NCBI RefSeq assembly: GCF_000143415.4
Contig: NW_003314331.1
Coordinates: 436,164-500,163, forward strand
DNA: 64,000 nucleotides
DNA from: Selaginella moellendorffii
Lineage: Eukaryota; Plantae; Lycopodiophyta
Reading direction: 5' to 3'
Shown here: positions 22,781-36,740 of the stretch, piece after piece
How the letters are laid out: the number at the start of each line of letters is the position of its first letter
How positions within the stretch are numbered: position 1 is the stretch's first letter
Program-made: the position numbers and the translations under genes
Notes under the pieces: model-generated
Seen by the model: only the letters and a program-made list of their open reading frames with translations
What the model was told of the DNA's origin: nothing
Databases searched by the model: none

Positions 22781-24066
22781 CGCGCTCCGCAAAACCCTAG
22801 CCCTCCGCCCTAAATTCCACCAAATGGATAATCGCGCGGGAAAAAGAAAAGTACTTCACGTCGCTATCGATCTTTGGTGCGCGCGAAAAGAAATTCCCGA
22901 CGGTGATGTACCGTCTCCCTCCTCCATTGCCGCGACCATATGTACGGTATTTGTATGAAAGACATCCAAGCTTAGAAGATCTTGTGGCGTCCGTCCAAAG
23001 TCGTCCCCAGCAACACAAGCAATTTGTGGCGTGCCTTTCCTTGAGCACGCACAGCGCATGCTAGCACTTATACTTTTTACAGGGGTGAAACTTTACCACA
23101 AACGTAAAAACTGTTTGATTTAAACCTTTAATACAAATACAAATTGTGAAATCATCTAGCCAGCGAAGACCAGCCCAATGTAGCTATAGTCCCAAAAGTT
23201 TTGGCCAGGCCTTTATAAAAAACCCACACAGTAACGTTCTCTCACATGGCACGAATATGCTAATGTTGGCAAATTGGGCCCAGAGAGCGTTGTTGGGGAC
23301 AGGCCACCCAAGTGGTGGCCCACTGCCCCAATCTCTTGGTCGATTGTGGATATGCAGTGGCTGGTGGACCGTTGGATTTGTAAGCATCCCCGTGGAGTGG
23401 ATGGACTGGATAAATTGGGGCAGCTGGGGGGAGGATTTGTAGCTGGTCAAGTGTTATAGTCAAGGACGTTTGACTAGAGGCGCATCGCTGGGAGAATATG
23501 CCGCGGTTGTTTTGGGAGGCAACACTAAAAACAACGTGAGGGTGAAAGTAAAAGATACCAAACATGAGGAGTGAGGGGCAGAATTATTGTGAATTATTGT
23601 CATTATCTTGCTGGCCTCCGTCAACGCGCGGGGCGTGAAGGCGAGCCGTCACTGGTGACGGCGGCCGGAGCGTGCCAATGGGTTTGCTGGCACGTCATCA
23701 GTGAGGGGTGAAGGGTCCCCGTTCACATTCCCGCCGAGTTTTACCACGGCAGCATTTTCCTTTTGTTTTTTTTTTTTTTCACTTTTTCATGGAAAGAGTT
23801 TCTGGAGCTCCATTTCTCTCTCTGTCTGTGCTTGAGCTACCTCCGATCGAGACCCTAGCGATCTTCTCACGAGATTTGAGGCGGAGTGATGGCGGAGGAG
23901 CGGCATCGCGAGGCGCGCCATCGCTAGGGAGCAGCGCCATGGCGCCGTGAATATCATCGATCGATCGGTAAGTTGCGCGGCGCGAGATATCTGCGATATC
24001 TCAATTCTAGAGCTTGGATCTGCGTGTGCAGTGGAAAACAAGGCGGATTTGGCTGCCCTAGGATCG

Positions 24067-27000
24067 ATGGAGGCGGCGAAGCTTGAGGAATACAGGCCGG
24101 AGCTCTCTGATCCTCCCTTGGAAATCTACTCGGACGACAATGCAGGTCCAATGCTGGATGGGACGAGCCTGGAAAGTGGAGAGATTTCTCCTCCCGGCGG
24201 CTCGTCTTTGCGAGTAACAGTAGCAGATCCGGACGATTTGCCGAATGGAAAGCATGACGATGAGGATCATCCAGATATGGCCAGCGAAGCTCCGGCCGAT
24301 GAAGAGATTCCAGCGGAGAGCAAGGCAGAGGTTAGTGGCAAGGTTAAGAAAGGGCCATCGTTGGGCAGGGGTTCGGGATCTAGCAACGGCGGGAGATCTC
24401 TGGCTCGAACATCCAGTGGCACGATGAAGAAGTCTCCAGCTTCGTCACCTGGATCTACCACACCAGTGCGGCCATTTCTCAAGTCGTCGTCACCGGCAGC
24501 GATTGCTAGAAGACAACAAGAGGCAGAGGCGAATGGAAATGGGAATGGGTTTCACACTTCGAGCAAGTCCAACGGTAGCATCAGTGCTCCAGTCACTCCC
24601 AGGGCTTCTGCCGCGGCCAAGGCTTCGGCGTCTTCAATGACGACAACGCCCAAAGCCCCGGCTTTGAAGAAACGTACTCCGGGAGTTGATACACCGCCAG
24701 TGACTCCGTCGAGCGTGAGCAGCAGGAGAAGTTCGATCAGTCCAGGTGCTAGCTTGTCACGGTCGACTGGGACGTCATTCGGTTCTACACGGAGGCAGTC
24801 TTTGCCTGCGTTATCGGCACGGTCTTCGGCACCGTCGGCAGCAGAGCTCAAGAGATGGGCAAACTCGTCATCATCCTCGTCGAGAATTAGTAGCTCGAAG
24901 CCGACTACTCCTAGTCGGGTCACAAGTCTGTCCCTACATTCGCCAGGTTCCGTCTCAAAGCCCAACGATTACCTCAGGCGTAGCAGTCCATCGGTGCTAA
25001 ACTCTCCAGGCACGCCTGGTCCAAAGTCTCCTGGTCCTTCCGTAAGAGCGAGCTCAAAACTCTGCAGCCCGTCCTCGAAAAGTGGAAGCAGCTCTTTTTC
25101 AGCATCAAGAGGCCAGGTTGCCAATGGTAGTCCCAGCAGCCTTCAGAAGAAGTCTGGTCCTATGGCTGTCACGAAGAGATCTCCAAGAGCGTTTGAGAGT
25201 CCTACAATATCATCAAGGTCTATGTCATCGGAGAAAACGCTATCTTCCGATAAGTTGGCGGCAAGAAGGAAATCCTTAACGCCCGAAGCCAGGGACACTC
25301 GTTTGATCACTTTGCCACCGGTCGATGTGAAGGCAGGAGATGACGTGGTATGTGCCATTCTAAGGATTGCAACTTGATTTCTCTGACGGCTGTTGTTTCC
25401 AGAGGCTTGATCTCAGAGGCCAAAAGCTGCGAAGTCTGGACTGCAACCTCGTCCATCTCACGCCAAAGCTTGAGGTCGGTACAGGTATAGAGGTGTAAGG
25501 CGTGTTTATGAAAGTGGCTCACTAATTCTTGTATTTACAGTTCGTCTATCTCAGAGACAACAAACTGTCAAACATGGACGGCATTGAGATTTTGAAGCGT
25601 GTCAAGGTGAATTTAACAACCAAAGTGCGTCTCTTCTTTACTTGTCTGTTGCAGGTTTTGGACCTTAGTTTCAACGAGTTCAAGGGCGGCGGCTTCGAAC
25701 CGCTAGCAAACTGTAAAGCACTTCAGGTACTTTTGATTTCCTATATTGTCACTATTCTTTTGCTAAACGAAAGTATCTATGATCAGCAACTGTACCTTGC
25801 TGGAAATCAAATCACATCACTAAGTGGATTGCCTCAGCTACCAAACTTGGAGGTGCATTCTTATTCACAGAGTCCTGTCTTGCAGACTTAACTTGTCGTT
25901 TGTTCTCTCGTAGTTCCTGTCCGTCGCCCAAAACAGACTGAAGTCCCTAGCAATGGCCACCCAGCCACGGCTACAGGTATTTTTTGTTGACAATGTACAG
26001 CTTCTGAAAATTCACATGGCAGGTTCTTGCCGCTAGCAAAAATAAAATTTCTACGTTAAAAGGCTTTCCGCACCTGCCAGCGCTTGAGGTTGGGCTTTAT
26101 TCCTCGTTTTTAGTTTGTCATTTTTTGAAAATTCTTGCACAATGCTTTGATAGCACCTAAGGCTGGAAGAAAACCCGATCTTGGAGGTACCGCACTTGGA
26201 GGCAGCTTCAATTCTTCTCGTTGGACCAACACTGAAAAAGTTTAACGACAGAGGTTGGACTATCATTTCGGAATAATATTTTTTTTACATTTTTTGCTTT
26301 AGATCTGTCTGCTGAGGAACGGGAGGTTTCTCTTTTGTACCCTGCTAGCACTGCACTTTGTATTCGGGATGGATGGGAGCTTTGTAGTCCTGAAGAGGCT
26401 GCTGGTATGTTTTTTCCTTTCCATGGACTTCTGCATTCATTTTATGAGTAATGTTTTTCAGAATCAACAACGGAGTTTCTGATATCCCAATGGAAGGACA
26501 ATTTGCCACACGGCTTCACTCTTCGAAAAGCTTTTATTGATCGTCCTTTCGAAGAGGATCCTTGCCACTGCGAATTTGTCTTTGGACGGCTAGACGACGG
26601 GGAGGGTGATCTTACGCTGCTTTACCAATGGTTTATTGGAGAACAAACTCCCGTGAATTTTGAACCTATTGAAGGTGCTACTAACAAGGTATGCTTGAAG
26701 TGTATATTTCGTTTAATATTAATGTGCATATCTTTTGTTTAGATCTACTGGCCTAAACACGAAGATGTTGGTTATTGCCTCAAAGTGGATTGTACACCTT
26801 ACCTTGGAGACCAACAATTTCCTCCCGTTTCTGCCTTTTCTTTTGCTGTTTCTCCTGGTACTCTGTTAGCTTTCAGCTGCGTTGATTATTGAATCTCTTT
26901 CCGCAGGCACTGGCTGTCCCAAAGTACTAAGTATCCAGGTGGATGGTGAGCCTGTAGAGGGGAACAGCATGGTAGGCTCTGCTGAAGTTGCCTGGTGCGG

Positions 27001-30000
27001 AGGTACTCCCGGCAGTGGCGTTGTAAGGTATAGATTTTTTTTTTGGTTCAAGTTTCCATTCTAGTGGTTTATGATGCTTCGTAAAATGCAGCTGGCTCAG
27101 AAAGACTGAAAACAATAGCCCCGTAGCTATTGTTGGAGCTGAAGATTACGAGTATAGACTCGTTTTGGATGATGTCGGAGCTCATCTATTGTTCATGTAT
27201 ACGCCCGTTACAGAAGAAGGCACGAAAGGCGAGTCCCAATATGCTATAACGCCAGTGATTGACGCAGGTAAAACATACGATGATTTTAGCTTTAAACACG
27301 TAACTATTGTCACGTTGTGTATACCAGCCTCTCCATCTGTGGCAAACGTACGTATTACTGGTGAGTTCGTGGAAGGAAATACAATTCGTGGTACTGGAAA
27401 ATACTTTGGTGGAAAGGAAGGAACAAGTAAGTTTGAGTGGTTCCGCGAAGAACAAGATTCAGGGTAAGCTTATTGGACAAATGTTCTGTGTATAACTGAT
27501 GGCACGTACCTTCACAGAGATTTTACTCTTGTTTCGAAAGGTTCTTCCGAGTACCTCCTGACAGAGGAGGACGTCGGATTGCGTATGAAATTTGTCTACA
27601 CTCCAGCTAATATAGCAGGTATTTTCTTACAGAGAGAGTTCCGTGTTTTTTCTTTTGACTAAAACTTGTTTTCACCTAGGAGCATGTGGTGTCCCTGCCT
27701 CTGCAACTAGCGACAAAATTTTACTTGGTAAGCTCTTGTTTACTGCTGCCAAATTTTACTGACACCTCCTACACAGCTCCTCCTAGAATCCTTCAGTTGA
27801 GACTTGTGGGGGACATGCGAGAGGGAAGTAAGATCGTTGTCAGCGGTATTTTTATAGGTGGCACTGAAGGAGCTAGTCGTGTACAATGGTTCAAGACGGA
27901 CACTCCACACAACACGCAGAATCTAGAGCCCATCAGCACGTCTAAGATTGCTAAAGTATTGTTTGTGACATACTGTAGCACTTCTTCATTAAACCGGTAA
28001 TCGTGGCAGGCATTCAGAATACCTTTGGGAGCTGTAGGACACTATCTAGCAGCCGAGTATACGCCTGTACGTTCGGATGGTGAAAGCGGTGATTCTGTCT
28101 ACGTGGTTTCTGACGCACGAGTCGAAAGTAAGCCTGTGGAGTCTATTTTCTGTTTTCCTTAACGCTTACGTCGTGACAGTGTTGCCCCCGAGCTTAAGCT
28201 TCCTAACCATAACTGGAGAGCTTTTGGAGGGAGAAACTTTGACGGCCTCTTACGGATATGTTGGAGGTTACGAAGGTGCTAGTCAGCACAATTGGTATCT
28301 TCACGAGGTATGCTGTGTACAAAATGGTCAAGTTTGAAGCTTACTGAAGCTGTTTGTGACAGTCTAAGAATGCTACCGGTTCTCTAATAGCTGAAGCTAG
28401 TGGGAGTCTGCAATATTCGGTCACTGAGGATGCAGTCAACAAGTACATTTCTTTTCATTGTCTACCTATTCGTGACGACGGTGCCATCGGCGAAAGGGTT
28501 GTTACAATGATTCCGGAACCCATAAGCCCCGGTATGCTTCGGTTTGCACACGTAGCAGAAATAACTGTTGCATTATCAGGTTCTCCCAAGCTTCTTACGT
28601 TCCAGATAGTAGGAGAACCCGTGGAGGGTGCTGAATTGAAGATAGAAAAGAAATATTGGGGTGGTAAGGAAGGCTCGTCAAATATCCAATGGTTTGTGGT
28701 AAGTTAGCTTGTCTCTGGAGGGAGTTGGAAGTAAAGCTGCTTGTGAATTACAGACAAGTCCTGATGGTACTCAAAGAGAAATTAGAGGAGCTACAGACGT
28801 TACATATACACTAAAACTTGAAGATGTCCATGGGCTGGTTTGTTGCTCCTGCGAACCAGTGCGGGAAGATGGTGTAAGAGGACCTATCTCTGTCTCTCAG
28901 CTTCTTGGTCCTGTTCTACCAGGTGCGTGTACCATTTCGTTGTTCTCGTTATTTCAACTGGTTCCGTCCAGGTCCACCAAGCTGCACAGTACTTGAGATT
29001 TTCGGCAGTCCCGTGGAAGGAGAACATCTCTTCGTCAACGCAGTATACAATGGAGGGTAAGAGTGCCGGTCTTTGAAAGTTGATTGAAATAACATCTTTT
29101 TAACAGCGATAAGGGACCATGTGAACTCGAATGGTGGAGGCGAAACTCGTCTGGAGAACAAAAATATCTGGGCAATTCAGGTATTATATTGTAAAAGTTT
29201 TAGCAAAAACTGAGCTGCATTTTCATTTTCAGAGAGTTTAAAATTGACTTATGAGGATGTTGGCGCTCGCATCAAAGTAGTCTTTATTCCCGTGAGGAGT
29301 GATGGGATTGTTGGGGAGGCATATGCTGTAACGTCAGAAGTAGTACAGGATGGTTGGTCTCAAATTGTTCACAGGAACGGCGTGTTCTGATACAACTTTT
29401 TGAATGCAGCGGAACCGGAAGGAAAAGCTCTGGTCATCCCAGACTGCCATGAAGACGTAGAACTTGTCCCGACGCGGACCTACTTTGGTGGCCAAGAAGG
29501 AGAGAGCCATTACATGTGGTACCGTACTTCTACCAAAGTTCGAGACTCAATTCTGCCCATTGATGCTGAGTTCGTCTGTAGCTCACTGTAAGCTCTTGAT
29601 TTTTAATTCTCGCCCGTCGTTCTGATTCGAATGCCTTTCCAGGTCATATACTCCGGAGCTGGAAGATGTCGATGCGTATTTGGTACTAGAATGGACACCA
29701 GTTCGTCAGGATGGAAAGCAAGGAAAGCCCGTCATTGCATACAGTAAACAGCCAGTTATCCCAGGTAAGCTGCAGCTTGACTCACATCCGAGCAAAATCT
29801 TACCTTTCCTCTATAGCGGAACCTTCGGTTCGCGATGTAACTCTCAAGGAGGTCTCGCTTGATATGTTTGTCGGGGACGCATATTATCATGGTGGTAGAG
29901 AAGGGGAAAGCCAGCTGAGCTGGTATAGAGAAAGTGCTAATGGCACCACCACTTTGATTGAAGGGGCGACATCGAAGACTTACGTTGCATCTGAAGAGGA

Positions 30001-31824
30001 TTACACATACCGCATTATATTTGGGTACTACGTCTATTTTATTTTCGAATCTGAGACTAACTTCAGTGTATTTCCAAGCTATACTCCTGTTCGGGATGAT
30101 GGAGTCGTGGGAGATCTCGTTGTTTCCGAGCCCAGCAAGGTCATATATCCAGGTACTTATGATGCTTCTTCACTGGCCGCCACCATTACAATAAGTTCTT
30201 TCTTCCAGAGCTTCCTCGTGTGCAAAAATTCGTCCTTTCTGGGAAAGTGATCGAGGGAGAAGTTCTAACTGCTTTGGAAGTTATGCCAAAGGGAGAGACA
30301 CAACAGCGGGTGTGGGACAAGTACAAAAAGGAAATCAAGTATCAATGGTAAGGCCATTTCAAACACTGGAAACGATGCTGACAAAATGGTGACGCAGGTC
30401 GCGCTCGACTGAGCCTGGCTCAGCCGATTTCGAACCGATTTCCCAGCAACGCTCGTGCACCTATAAAGTGAGGCTGGAGGATATTGGATATTTGTTATGT
30501 TGCGAATGCGTGATATACGACGTCTTTGGGCGTTCCACCGATCCAATTTCTAGTACAACACCAGCCGTGCAACCAGGTTTTACTTCAGTTTCTTTTTCCT
30601 TTCATGTAACCAACCTTCTAATTTTCCAGCCTTTCCTCGTATTGATAAGTTGGAGATAGAAGGCCGTGGCTTTCACACAAACTTATATGCTGTTAGGGGC
30701 ATATACGTCGGTGGCCGAGAAGGAAAGAGCTCCATTCAATGGTTTAGAGCAATGGCTGGTAGTCCGGATCTCATTCCCATTCCAGGTACATTGGCAAGTT
30801 TATAGCGCTCCAGCAGCTCACACTCTTTGCTCTTTATGATCAGGAGAGACCGGGCGCATGTATGAAGCAAATGTGGACGATGTTGGATACAGATTGGTGG
30901 CTATTTATACTCCAGTCCGGGAGGACGGCGTAGAAGGCAACCCCACCTCGGCTTCAACTGATCCTATAGAAGTTGGTAAGTGTTGTGTTTCTTTTGCTGC
31001 TGAGGCAAACTCCTGCATTTCAGAACCGGAAGTTGCGAAAGAAGTGAAGCAAAAGCTCGAGCTTGGAGCAGTCAAGTTTGAGGTGAGCATTTGCGTTAGT
31101 GATACAAATATATTCCTGACACGGCAAAAATTTCCAGGTTCTCCGGGACAGGGATCGATCGCCCGCAAGCGGGCCACAACAGCAGCAGGCACTGGGCAGC
31201 CTAGAGAGACGCATCCTGGATATCAATCGCAAGAGAATAAAAGTGATAAAGCCGGGCTCCAAAACGTCGTTCCCGTACACGGAAATTCGAGGCACATATG
31301 CCCCACCTTTCCATGTAAGTTGCAATCTTTTATAGTCCTTCGTGTTTCCCTGTGCTCTTTCTTTCTTTGTGTGTGATTCTCTTTGTTTTGCTTTTCGATG
31401 TCCATGCTAGTTTTGTTTCTCTGTGAGTGGGTGTGTATTCTCTCTGTTTTCACTTTGCTTTGCTTTGCTTTTTCCATGCAAGTCGCAACTTTTCCTTGCA
31501 AGTTTTGTGTGTTTGTGTGTGTGTTTCTCTTTTGCTTTTCCATATCCTTTGTGTGTGTGTTCATCCATGTTGCAGATAATAGTGTGTGTTTGTCTCGTCG
31601 TGTGGACTTGTCAATGCTGCTCTAAAATCATTGTCTCCTTTCTTTTGATTTAGGTGGAGCTCTTCCGGAACGATCAACATCGTCTCAAGACTGTGATTGA
31701 CAGCGAGAACGAAGTGGATCTCATGGTCCGGACGAGGCATATCAGAGACGTGATCGCGCTCACGATTAGGGGCCTAGCGCAGAGATACAACAGCACTCCA
31801 CTAAATCTACTTCTCAAGATGTAA
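24067..31824 (+). CDS. AIR9: AIR9 microtubule-associated protein (basic Ser-rich N-terminus, LRRs, A9/Ig repeats; many short introns)
   Basis: LRR exons FVYLRDNKLS, LDLSFNEFKG and LYLAGNQITSL; repeated YxGGxEGxSxxxW / YTPVRxDG domains; C-terminus RGLAQRYNSTPLNLLLKM. Confidence 0.95.
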
Positions 31825-32017
31825 AGCCATGGGAGGCAGCAGCACTAAAGGTTTGTGACTAGAGAGGAGAGGAGAGGTTTTACAAATATTTTGCTTGGTC
31901 TACTAGCTAGACTGTAATTAAGATTTGATGGAGGTGGAGAAACCAGGAGGGCTGAAAACTAGCATTTGTATATGTAAAGGTGATGAGATGATAAACTTTG
32001 CGTTAAGATTTCTTTCT

Positions 32018-34126
32018 TTACCTTCCAGATGGTAATAAAGATGATAACAGAGATCTCTGTCACTTGAGAGTTAAAGACCTGGTGTCCAAAGTTTGGCTCA
32101 CGCTCACAGCCTGCCTTCTCCAGTCCATGCGAAGTATAAGAATGAGGTAGAGCACGAGCTGGAGGAAGAATCCCACTGTTGTCCCAGCCAAGAGCCCCTG
32201 AGATTTCACGCAAGACAATTCATAGTTACTACACGAGAAAGTGATAGAAGCGCCATCAAACCTTGGTTTTAAACTTGAAGGTGAATCCCAAAAGCACTCC
32301 CACTGGAAGGCCGCAGAGGTAAAAGGCTGCCAAGTTGATGATAGCGCCCAGGTTTTGGCGACCGCATCCACGCACCACACCTGTACAGGCAACGACAAGT
32401 CTAGTCTGCCAGTAAAAAAAGGGAGAAAATAAAGGAGGGAATGCTTTTGTTTTCTCACCTTGAAGTACGCACTGCGTGCCATCAATGAGTATCCAGAGTG
32501 CCAGAAACGGAGTGATGGAAGTGAGGTTGCCCACAACTTCCGACTCGTTTGTGAAGACCCACCCCCAGCTCTTGTGAACCATGAGCAGGAACGCCGCCGC
32601 GATGAAGACTTCGGCGGTGGCGAGCACGAGGACGACGAACACCGCCAGCTTTGCTGCGGAGGGGTTCCTTGCTCCCAGCTCGTTGGAAACACGGATGCTG
32701 CAAGGATAATACCATGACCATGTCATGTAGCACTCACTGAAGTAGACTTACGTACCTTACGCCTAAGCTCAGTCCAAGAGTGATCATGTAGTTGAACGTC
32801 GCCATGGAGTTGCTGCAGGAATCAATGCCCATCTGAGAATGGCTGTGTATCGGACGGTCGCCGTTTACCTCACCATATTGATAGTGTTGAGACCTCTATC
32901 TGTGGATTTGGAAGAAGCCCAGCCAAGAGGACCAGCATCTCAAAAGTCCAGTATTCCAAGCTGTAAAAAATGATAGTGTTAACTCGAGTGCAAGAAAAAG
33001 TAAAAATTGCCATAACATACCAAACCATGAAAGCTGAGACCAGTGAAAGCTTGAGGAAGTGATTCACGTTTGTGCACACACAAGTGGAGAAGCCTCTCCA
33101 AGTGTGCTTGCAGACCTTGCTACAGCAGACGTACAGCGCTAGTAGAGCAGCCTTTATCCAGAAAGAAATGCTGGTGGAGATGGCCACACTGTGAAACCCG
33201 ACGTGGAACTTGTGTATGAATAGCCACGACAGCAGGATGTGAGCACCGAACGAAACCGCGGAGAAAATAGCCGAAGGAATGACCACACCTTGTGTCTGTA
33301 AGAACTTGAGCAGAGGCTGGACAAACGCGTTGGCAAAGAGGCTGGGAATCAGCCACACGATGAAATCCTTGGCTTTAGCAGACATGGCAGGATCCTGTCC
33401 CAGGAGCAACAAAATCCTTCGAGTGAAAATGAAGAGGGTCGACAGCGGTATGCAGAGGATGACCGAGAGTGCCACAGCCTGTTGGAGATAAATGCCTAGC
33501 ATGTGATATGCCTTGGCTCCGTAAGCTTGCCCGCACAGTGTCTCGAGCGCTCCAGCCATTCCCATCTGCACGTACCTGAAGTTTGCATCAGAGCTTTTAA
33601 GTTCGAGGAACACCAGGTGTATAAAACAGTGGAAAAACTTCAAGAGCACAGCCAGGAAAAACAAGTAAACAAAAGCTGTGCGAAAGAATGAATGGAAGAG
33701 CTAGATCTCAATACCAAAACAATAGCTAGGATAGAATCAGAAGCTTTAAGTTCGAAGAACACCAAAAATACAGAACAAGCTTTCGAGAACACATCCAGGA
33801 AAAAAAAAGCTTTCAACGCAAAGAATGAATAAGCTGGGCAAAATAGAAGAGCAAAGAAGAATGAAAGAGCTAAACCTCAAGAACAAAACAAATGAGCTAG
33901 CTAGGATAGGAAAGAACAAAAGAAGTGATATGGAAATCCTTACCAGGACAAAATATCCAAGGCTGTTAGCCATGGTGATGGCCAGCGATGCTCCAGCGAG
34001 CTCCAACTCGCCAATTCGCCCCACAAACAGCAGCGAAACAAGCACAATCCCCATGTCGAAGAGATTCACAGCCATATTCGGCGCCGAGAGGCCACACACG
34101 CGCTTCATCTCGTTCACATTGTCCAT
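32018..34126 (-). CDS. MATE (DTX) efflux transporter (multi-exon)
   Basis: GELELAGASLA, GMAGALETLCGQAYGAKAYHMLGIYLQ, LEYWTFEMLVLLAGLLPNP, RVSNELGA, GVVRGCGRQ. Confidence 0.93.
33585..33915. repeat. Diverged tandem duplication (~160 bp x2) inside MATE intron 1
   Basis: Repeated blocks GCTTT(T)AAGTTCGARGAACACCA..CCAGGAAAAA..AAAGAATGAAT..GAGCTA..AGCTAGGATAG. Confidence 0.7.
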
Positions 34127-34456
34127 CCACGGCCCAGCCTGCGAAGATCCTCAATCCTGAGATGAAAGAAACCGATCAATCGATACCTGGACGCCCCTGG
34201 AGCATGCGTGATCGTCCTGCTGCTGTTCTTGCGATCGCTCGCCGGCCGCATTGGCGAGAGGGCGGCGCAAATCCTCCAGCGCCATGGAGGAGGAACCAAA
34301 ATATTTTCAAAGACAAGCCCTAGTTCGTTTAGTAGTTAAAATAGATTATCGTAGCACTAATCAAGGTTAGCTCTGGTCAAAATTTTAACCCCTTTACCGT
34401 TGACCTTTTGACTAGAAGCCGAAAAAATGGTTTTTACTCCTCTTGGTCTTCTCGTT

Positions 34457-36740
34457 TTACAACTTGTCCGTAAAATTGTTCGCTCTATCGGAGGAATCAC
34501 TGCTCGCGCTTTGATCGAGAGCCTGCGAGTTACTGCCGCTGCCGATCGTGATGCTGCTAGCTCCCGGATCGTCCGCGAGAGATTTGTCACTGTTTACTGC
34601 GGACGAAGATGGTCCATTCTGTGAGCTCCGGAAGGAAGCTGGGAGAGAATTTATCCTCTGGAGCACTGGACCTTTGCTGCGATGGCCGGAACCCATAGGC
34701 CTCCCCGGACCGTTTGGAGCCGCGTAAGGAAGGAAGACGCCGGTTCCATTGAAACGTCCTGGCCTGGGAACCGGCGACCACCCTGGGACCATAACCGGGA
34801 GTGGAAGCGGTGGGAACGGTCCGCCTTGCGGAGGTGACGCTGGAGTCGGGGACGCTGGAACTCCGGTTGCTGGAAATCCCTGCTGCATTGGCGAGGAAGC
34901 CATTGGATTGTTACCACCGCCACCGCCACCACTGCTGCTGTTAGCTGCTGGTCTCATGCTGGTGTTAAGAAGTCCGCCAGAGCTTGACGAGCGTTGGAAG
35001 CCCATGTTTCTGGAAAATCTCTTGACGAGAGTTTTGCCGAGGATGAGACAGCACCTCTTTGTAGGCAGGGCTGGCACCGCGTATCTTGCGAGCTTTGCGG
35101 AGTTTCCTTGAAGAACTATGACGGAGCTGGACGAGAGAAACTTTCAGATGCATGTATAGACCAGTTTGAGACATACCCGATGGAAGCCGAGATTCTGAAC
35201 TGTCCTCTGAACTCCCGAGGACTCTCCATGGAGATGAATCTTCCAAAGACCATGGAGCAATCCGACTGGAGGGTGATGATGCAGAAAGGTTGATCAAATT
35301 CCTGGCTGTTTGTCTGTGGTGGCAAGTATCCCCCCTTCATTCGTAAGTCATCTCGTCAGAAAGCACTTTCTAATACTTGAGACAGTTCACGTACCTCGCC
35401 CAAGAAATTAATAATATATGAGTCCGGCCGTTTTGAGGCCGGAATGATATGTTGCTCTAACAGACGATCAGCAATAAATTGTACGATTTCTGGCAAGGAA
35501 TCTGGAGTGTCATCTGGACAGAAGGAATTCCATCAGAATTATAGAAGCATAGATGGAGCTGAAACATCAAACCTTGCGAAGAACTCTTTTGAGCGTCTTC
35601 TGTATTGTCAGCATTTTGCTGTATCATCAGGTCACTGCTTTTGCCTTTCAGGAATCGTTTCCCACCAAGGATTCTGTATCCTACACGAACAAGAAAACCA
35701 CATGAATGATTATACAAATGCTATATAGATTACTTACCAGTGGCTCCCAGCTCAACTTTTCTTCCAGCTCCTTGAAGATCACTTAGTGACGACACCAGCC
35801 GCTCGATCTCCAAAGAGCTGAATACATTCTCGCAAATTCTAAGCCCCTCCACAGCATTGATCTGCACCACAGCGTCGTCAAGTATGAAATCACAAAATTT
35901 ATCAGAACAGTTACCACTCTCCCGTCAACATTCTCAAGCGACTGAAAGTTCTTCGACACTTTGACTACGAGCTCTTGGGGCTTGCCATTCGAACTCCCTG
36001 CACTAACACGTACAGCCACTAGCGTTAGAGAGAAAAGAAATATAAAAACACGTACTAGCTTGAGCAGTTCTCTCGGAGCTCCGATCCACGGAAGCCAAGC
36101 TCGGATCGTGCTGGCCACTCTGGCCCTCCTGTTGGTGAGATCCAACTTCGTCAATACTCTCACCACCGACAGCGGCGATGGCGGTGGTGCCGGAAATTTT
36201 TTCTTCGCTGGTGCCAGCTTTGCTCGATATATCCGAGTCAGATTTGCTGGTTTCTGGCACGAAGTTCTCTTTCTTGTCAGCAGGAGTGGAAGCAGCACGG
36301 CTGAAATTCGGTCTCCGGAAATCCGAGTCCCCCCAAAGAGCTCCTCCTCCATCGGACCCAGATCCAATTCCCTGCTGCTGGTGGAGATGGCGCCTCTTGA
36401 GAGCTACTTGCTGGAGCGCCATGACCACTTCCTCCACCGAGAAATATTGCTGCATATGGAGCACGGCGGTCCAATTGTAGCGCCTTTGCCTCACGCAATT
36501 GAGCACGAAGTCATACTCCCCGGGGCATGACGCCACCACCGGCAAATGCTGGCACATTGCGTCGATTATGGCATTGGCGGCGGCGAATTCGCTGCGCAGC
36601 CACGAGATGAAGGAGTCCCTCTCGTCTGGAATCCATGGCTGGACGAGCGGCGGCGGCGCCTGGCCTGGAGGAGGAATCCCGGCTGCCTTGGCCTCGTCAA
36701 CGAAGATCCTGTGCGGCAATTGGTTGGGCATAGCCGCCAT
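34457..36740 (-). CDS. ALKBH10-like (AlkB family, m6A demethylase-related) protein (multi-exon)
   Basis: DERDSFISWLRSEFAAANAIIDAMC..WTAVLHMQQYFSV N-terminus; AlkB core; C-terminal GTGVFLP motif. Confidence 0.9.

Noticed and set aside
23947-24066. N-terminal extension of AIR9 in the ORF track
   Set aside because: GTG start and contains a probable 5' UTR intron (GTAAGT...TGCAG); ATG 24067 preferred.
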